A DNA stretch of 64,000 bases from Balanoglossus misakiensis. Lineage: Eukaryota; Animalia; Hemichordata. The DNA is taken from positions 9,409,519 through 9,473,518 of the forward strand of contig CM082578.2 in the NCBI GenBank assembly GCA_040954595.2. The letters run 5' to 3'. This document shows, one piece after another, positions 60,253 to 64,000 of the stretch. The notes beneath the pieces are model-generated. The model saw only the letters and a program-made list of their open reading frames with translations. It did no database searches and was not told where the DNA came from. A program made the position numbers and the translations under genes. Each line of letters begins with the position of its first letter. Positions within the stretch are counted from its first letter, which is position 1.

Positions 60253-63200
60253 ATCAAATCAGCCAAGCTGTGATCATGCAGTTCCTTCATGAAGCCAGAT
60301 AAAGACAGCGACTTAATTGCATCGATCACTCCCAGGATCTCACTTGATTTAAATTTGACATTCATGCTCCCTGTCATGTCAATTACACTGTTTTGATTAC
60401 TTCTGCATTTATTTGGGGTCAGTGGGTAAGAAATGAGGGCAGGGTGTATTTTTTATCAGAAACACTCGTTTTTGTTGCTTCGCTTTGTATTTGCAATGTA
60501 TTTCTTTGGGGAGTGAGAGAAAGTCACAGATGGCAACTATTTAGGATATCAACCTGTTTTTTTTTCTCATTGGAAATATGTGTAAGCAAACAGAAATGTG
60601 GAGTATGAAAATATTATGATTATAATAATAGCAGCAGCAATAATAATGTAAACATGGTACATGTATTTATTATTTATGTATTTATTAAACGTCTGAAATC
60701 GATAATGTTACCCAATTTTAGGAGCCATAAAAATGCGAAAGTGTTGTAAAGTGGTGCTTAATTGACGATAGATAGGATGTTTTAGCACGGTTTGAATTCT
60801 CTGTCACAGCACTGCACACATATGAAAATGATGACGGCAAACATTTGACAGATGGACAACCTCCTAAACATATTGAACATATACATCACAAAGGATACTC
60901 GTCCAACAGGCATTTAGTGGAAACACCACCTGCATTGAACCCTTTGACGTCTAGAGCCACTAAGCACATAATGTACTAATTGTCCTTTTTGATGCAGGAT
61001 CAGCAGATTCAACCCCTATTACATTATACAGTCCAGTACAAACAAATGGACGTGTCAGCATGATGTATGCACTTTGCATCACCCATGTCATAACTAATTT
61101 AGCACTCCTCACCACAGCCTGAATACAAAATATCATCGTGGTTACATCTTTATCTTAACTTGATAAAAAGCCACATTAGTCCACACCTGAGCCGTGGAGA
61201 TACCGTGTCCTTCATTTGGGAAAGATTTCAGGGTCAAGGCAGTGTTTTCTTTTCAATATCCCCCAAAGAAATTCAAATTATGTGATAATCACACCAGAAG
61301 GCAGTTTCGATTTCTCACAGTCATGCAGAATAGCTCTAGAAATATCAGACCATCTTGGAAAACTGATATTTTGTTTGTGTGTATGTACTTTAGCATAATG
61401 CTTTGTAAACCGGTACCAACAATTGTTCAAATGTTGCTGCAGCCGTAAGAAAGGTCGGTTGGGCTCGGAATATTGGCAATAACGCTTCGGTTGCACATTA
61501 CTTGTGCGATGGCAACACACTTGGTATTCCACACACATCACGTCACCTACACGGCCTTGTGATGCCGTCTCTGTGACGGTATCTTTCAAGTAGACACTGG
61601 ATGGATGCCTGCCATCTGCTGCCATCAATTCTGCTCCCGGGTTATATTAAAGTAGCGCGCTTAGATTTCATCACATTAGCTTTAGTGGAAACGTTGCACC
61701 GAGTTAGCAGATGTGCCAAGCCTTTTTACAGAAAACATTTGCACTTACGTCAAGCTCTTTGTCTGATGTTGCGAGGCTCCGAGGGATGGGCCATGTAATC
61801 TCTTTTATGGGTAAGGGGGGGGGGGGGAGAAATAAAGATCAGAACAATTATTGATGTCTGCAGCATTTTTGGAAGGGGTTTGCCTTTTCAAAAAGCTAAA
61901 AAGCTACTAATTTTTGAAAGCTTCAACCCTTGCACCCCCGTTTCTCCCTAGAGAGGTCCAACACTGCCATTGAGAACAATGGAGTTGGACCAAACCACAG
62001 TGGTGAAAGCTGGGTTTAACAAGTCCCAAAGTGAGTTGAGAGAAAAAAATGATTGAAATGCAAAATCAGAGGTTGTGTAGCCAACAACTCTGGAATATGA
62101 GAGTAGGATGAAATGTATATATTAATGTACTTGCCTCATTACATTTAGAACCCATTTGATGGACGTTTTCATCCATATTTATGGCACTGACATGCATTAC
62201 TTTTAAAAGTCATCATGAAAATTTAATTGCCTCAACCTGGAAATGTCTACGTGAGTAACGATCGCGCAATGTCTTTTTTACCCATCTTGCACAGGTTTTT
62301 CTTCAGAACATGACTGCCAGCCGGTACACATTACTACTCAAATTGATCAGTTGTTAACTGTTGTGAAAAATGTTGTGCGGAACAAGAGTAAAATAGTATT
62401 AAAATTGCCCCTTGATTTGCATTGGATTTATTTGGTTTTGCTTATCGAATATTACAACAGTCTCTCAGTTTGCATATTTTCGCTTTAAAAACCCCATGAA
62501 GTTTCCCTGAAGTAGACAGAAAAACGCATGAGTATGCTTTAATAAACACATATCAATCATCATTTTGTCATTAGTGCGTCTATCTGCTAAATTATTGATG
62601 CCATAATATTTATGGACCCTTCTGGGTATCTTGACACTCATCAAACAGAGATGATTTACAGCCAATGTGAAGGTCAAAGTAGATTTCCGTGCATCTCTCA
62701 GAGGAAAATATGCCAATCGTCGCACATTCATGGCGCCATAAAAATTAGGAAAGCCATTTTCATTGCTGTTTGGCAAAAACACGCAGATAGCTATGATGCA
62801 TTTTACCACAGCTGTTGAATGTCACATTGGTATTTTCATTGAATTCGTGAAAAATTACCTCTCGCTTGTCAGTAATGTGAAAAGGGAGATTATAAAGTCG
62901 TAAAGTGTCCCTCCTATAAGCTGATCGCCAAAAAGTCATGTAAAACTGCAATTAAAATTCCAATCAAATCAGGACGGGTCTAAACAAGAAAAAGGTTCGT
63001 AAACCAGAAATTTTGTCAAATGTGGTAATGTCCAATTGCTGTTGAAGTGTACAACTGAGTTATCTGTCTTATGAGTGACTATTACTTGGCCTTCCATTAA
63101 AAAATCACAAGAACAGACAAAAGTGGTGTTGGTTTCTCCCATCTCACCGATTCCGTGACAAATGTACATGACAGCCAATATTTCCAATAAAGTCACCAGC

Positions 63201-64000
63201 TGTCTCTTGAAAAATTATTGGCTGATAACACAGCAGTTTGAGAAAAAAACGTGATTGCCTGGTCAGAGAAAAATGACTGGTATGGAGATAAATAACAGCT
63301 GAACTGCCATCCACTTACCTAGATAATCAAACTATAAAAAGTGCGAGCGGGGAAATTACTCCTATTTGGTATTTGCTTGAATGGTTTTGATAGAAGAATA
63401 TCATTATTCTGATGGATTTATGGTGTCATTTTTGTTTCTGCACACGATTAAATAGGGTAATTTTTTCCACAGCTTGCAAGTTCTAACATCAAGAGTAATA
63501 TTTTTTTTAATGTCAGCTTTTATGGACCAGTTGCTACGGAACAACTAAACTATGTGCATTAATTTATGAGAGAGATTAAATTAGAATTTACCAACAGGAA
63601 GCAAAAATTGACAGGTTAAAGAGAATTCTAGAATAATTTTAACAGGTACTGGAATTGGGTGTTTTTGGAAATAACCAATAGTTGATTTTGAGTAAAGTTT
63701 GGTTACTTTGGTTCAACTCGCTGCGGCTATAATACTAGTAATCTCCATAAATTAAATACCTACTATGATTTGATTAATTTGTACTTTGTCAACTGAACAT
63801 GCTAATGTAGAACACCCAAAGTAAAGTTCAGTGCAGTAACTGCCACATGTTATGAGTGGGTAAACACTGACAACTGAACGATCACATCCAAATTCGATTT
63901 AAACTTATTATATTTATTATTCAATTGGATTACACTAACTGCTCTCTTTTGTATAACATTTTGATTTGATAAGATTATATTTAAAGTTAACTGTTTTATT

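Noticed and set aside
57742-64000. Terminal PDCL exon candidates (for example acag|tcatggctga near 59021 and acag|gtttttc near 62294)
   Set aside because: They hit stop codons within a few codons and lack the expected xGLLP...SDxD C-terminus; the last exon probably lies beyond 64000.

Overview
This is AT-rich, intron-rich eukaryotic (animal) genomic DNA; gene style and repeats suggest a marine invertebrate, possibly a deuterostome (inference). I found no prokaryotic features, CRISPR arrays, rRNA or tRNA. Manual splicing gives six protein-coding genes in strictly alternating orientation. (1) A TTLL3/TTLL8-type tubulin glycylase (minus) runs off the left edge and probably has a long N-terminal extension starting at 14899 plus alternative first exons. 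(2) A complete 17-exon copine (plus, 16089-22809) has an unusual P/Q/G/Y repeat tail ending in PSAPPAY. (3) ALG10 (minus). (4) TPRKB/CGI-121 (plus). (5) PPIL1 (minus). (6) Phosducin-like PDCL (plus) has tiny exons spread over more than 31 kb, includes a 9.9-kb GC-AG intron, and its last exon was not found in the window. The best leads are the copine tail (ALG-2-type PPYP repeats plus overlapping TSG101/NEDD4 late-domain motifs), the very large motif-rich PDCL introns (possible bystander gene of a genomic regulatory block), and the multi-promoter, X-box-rich glycylase 5' region. All coordinates were derived by hand and no database search was run.
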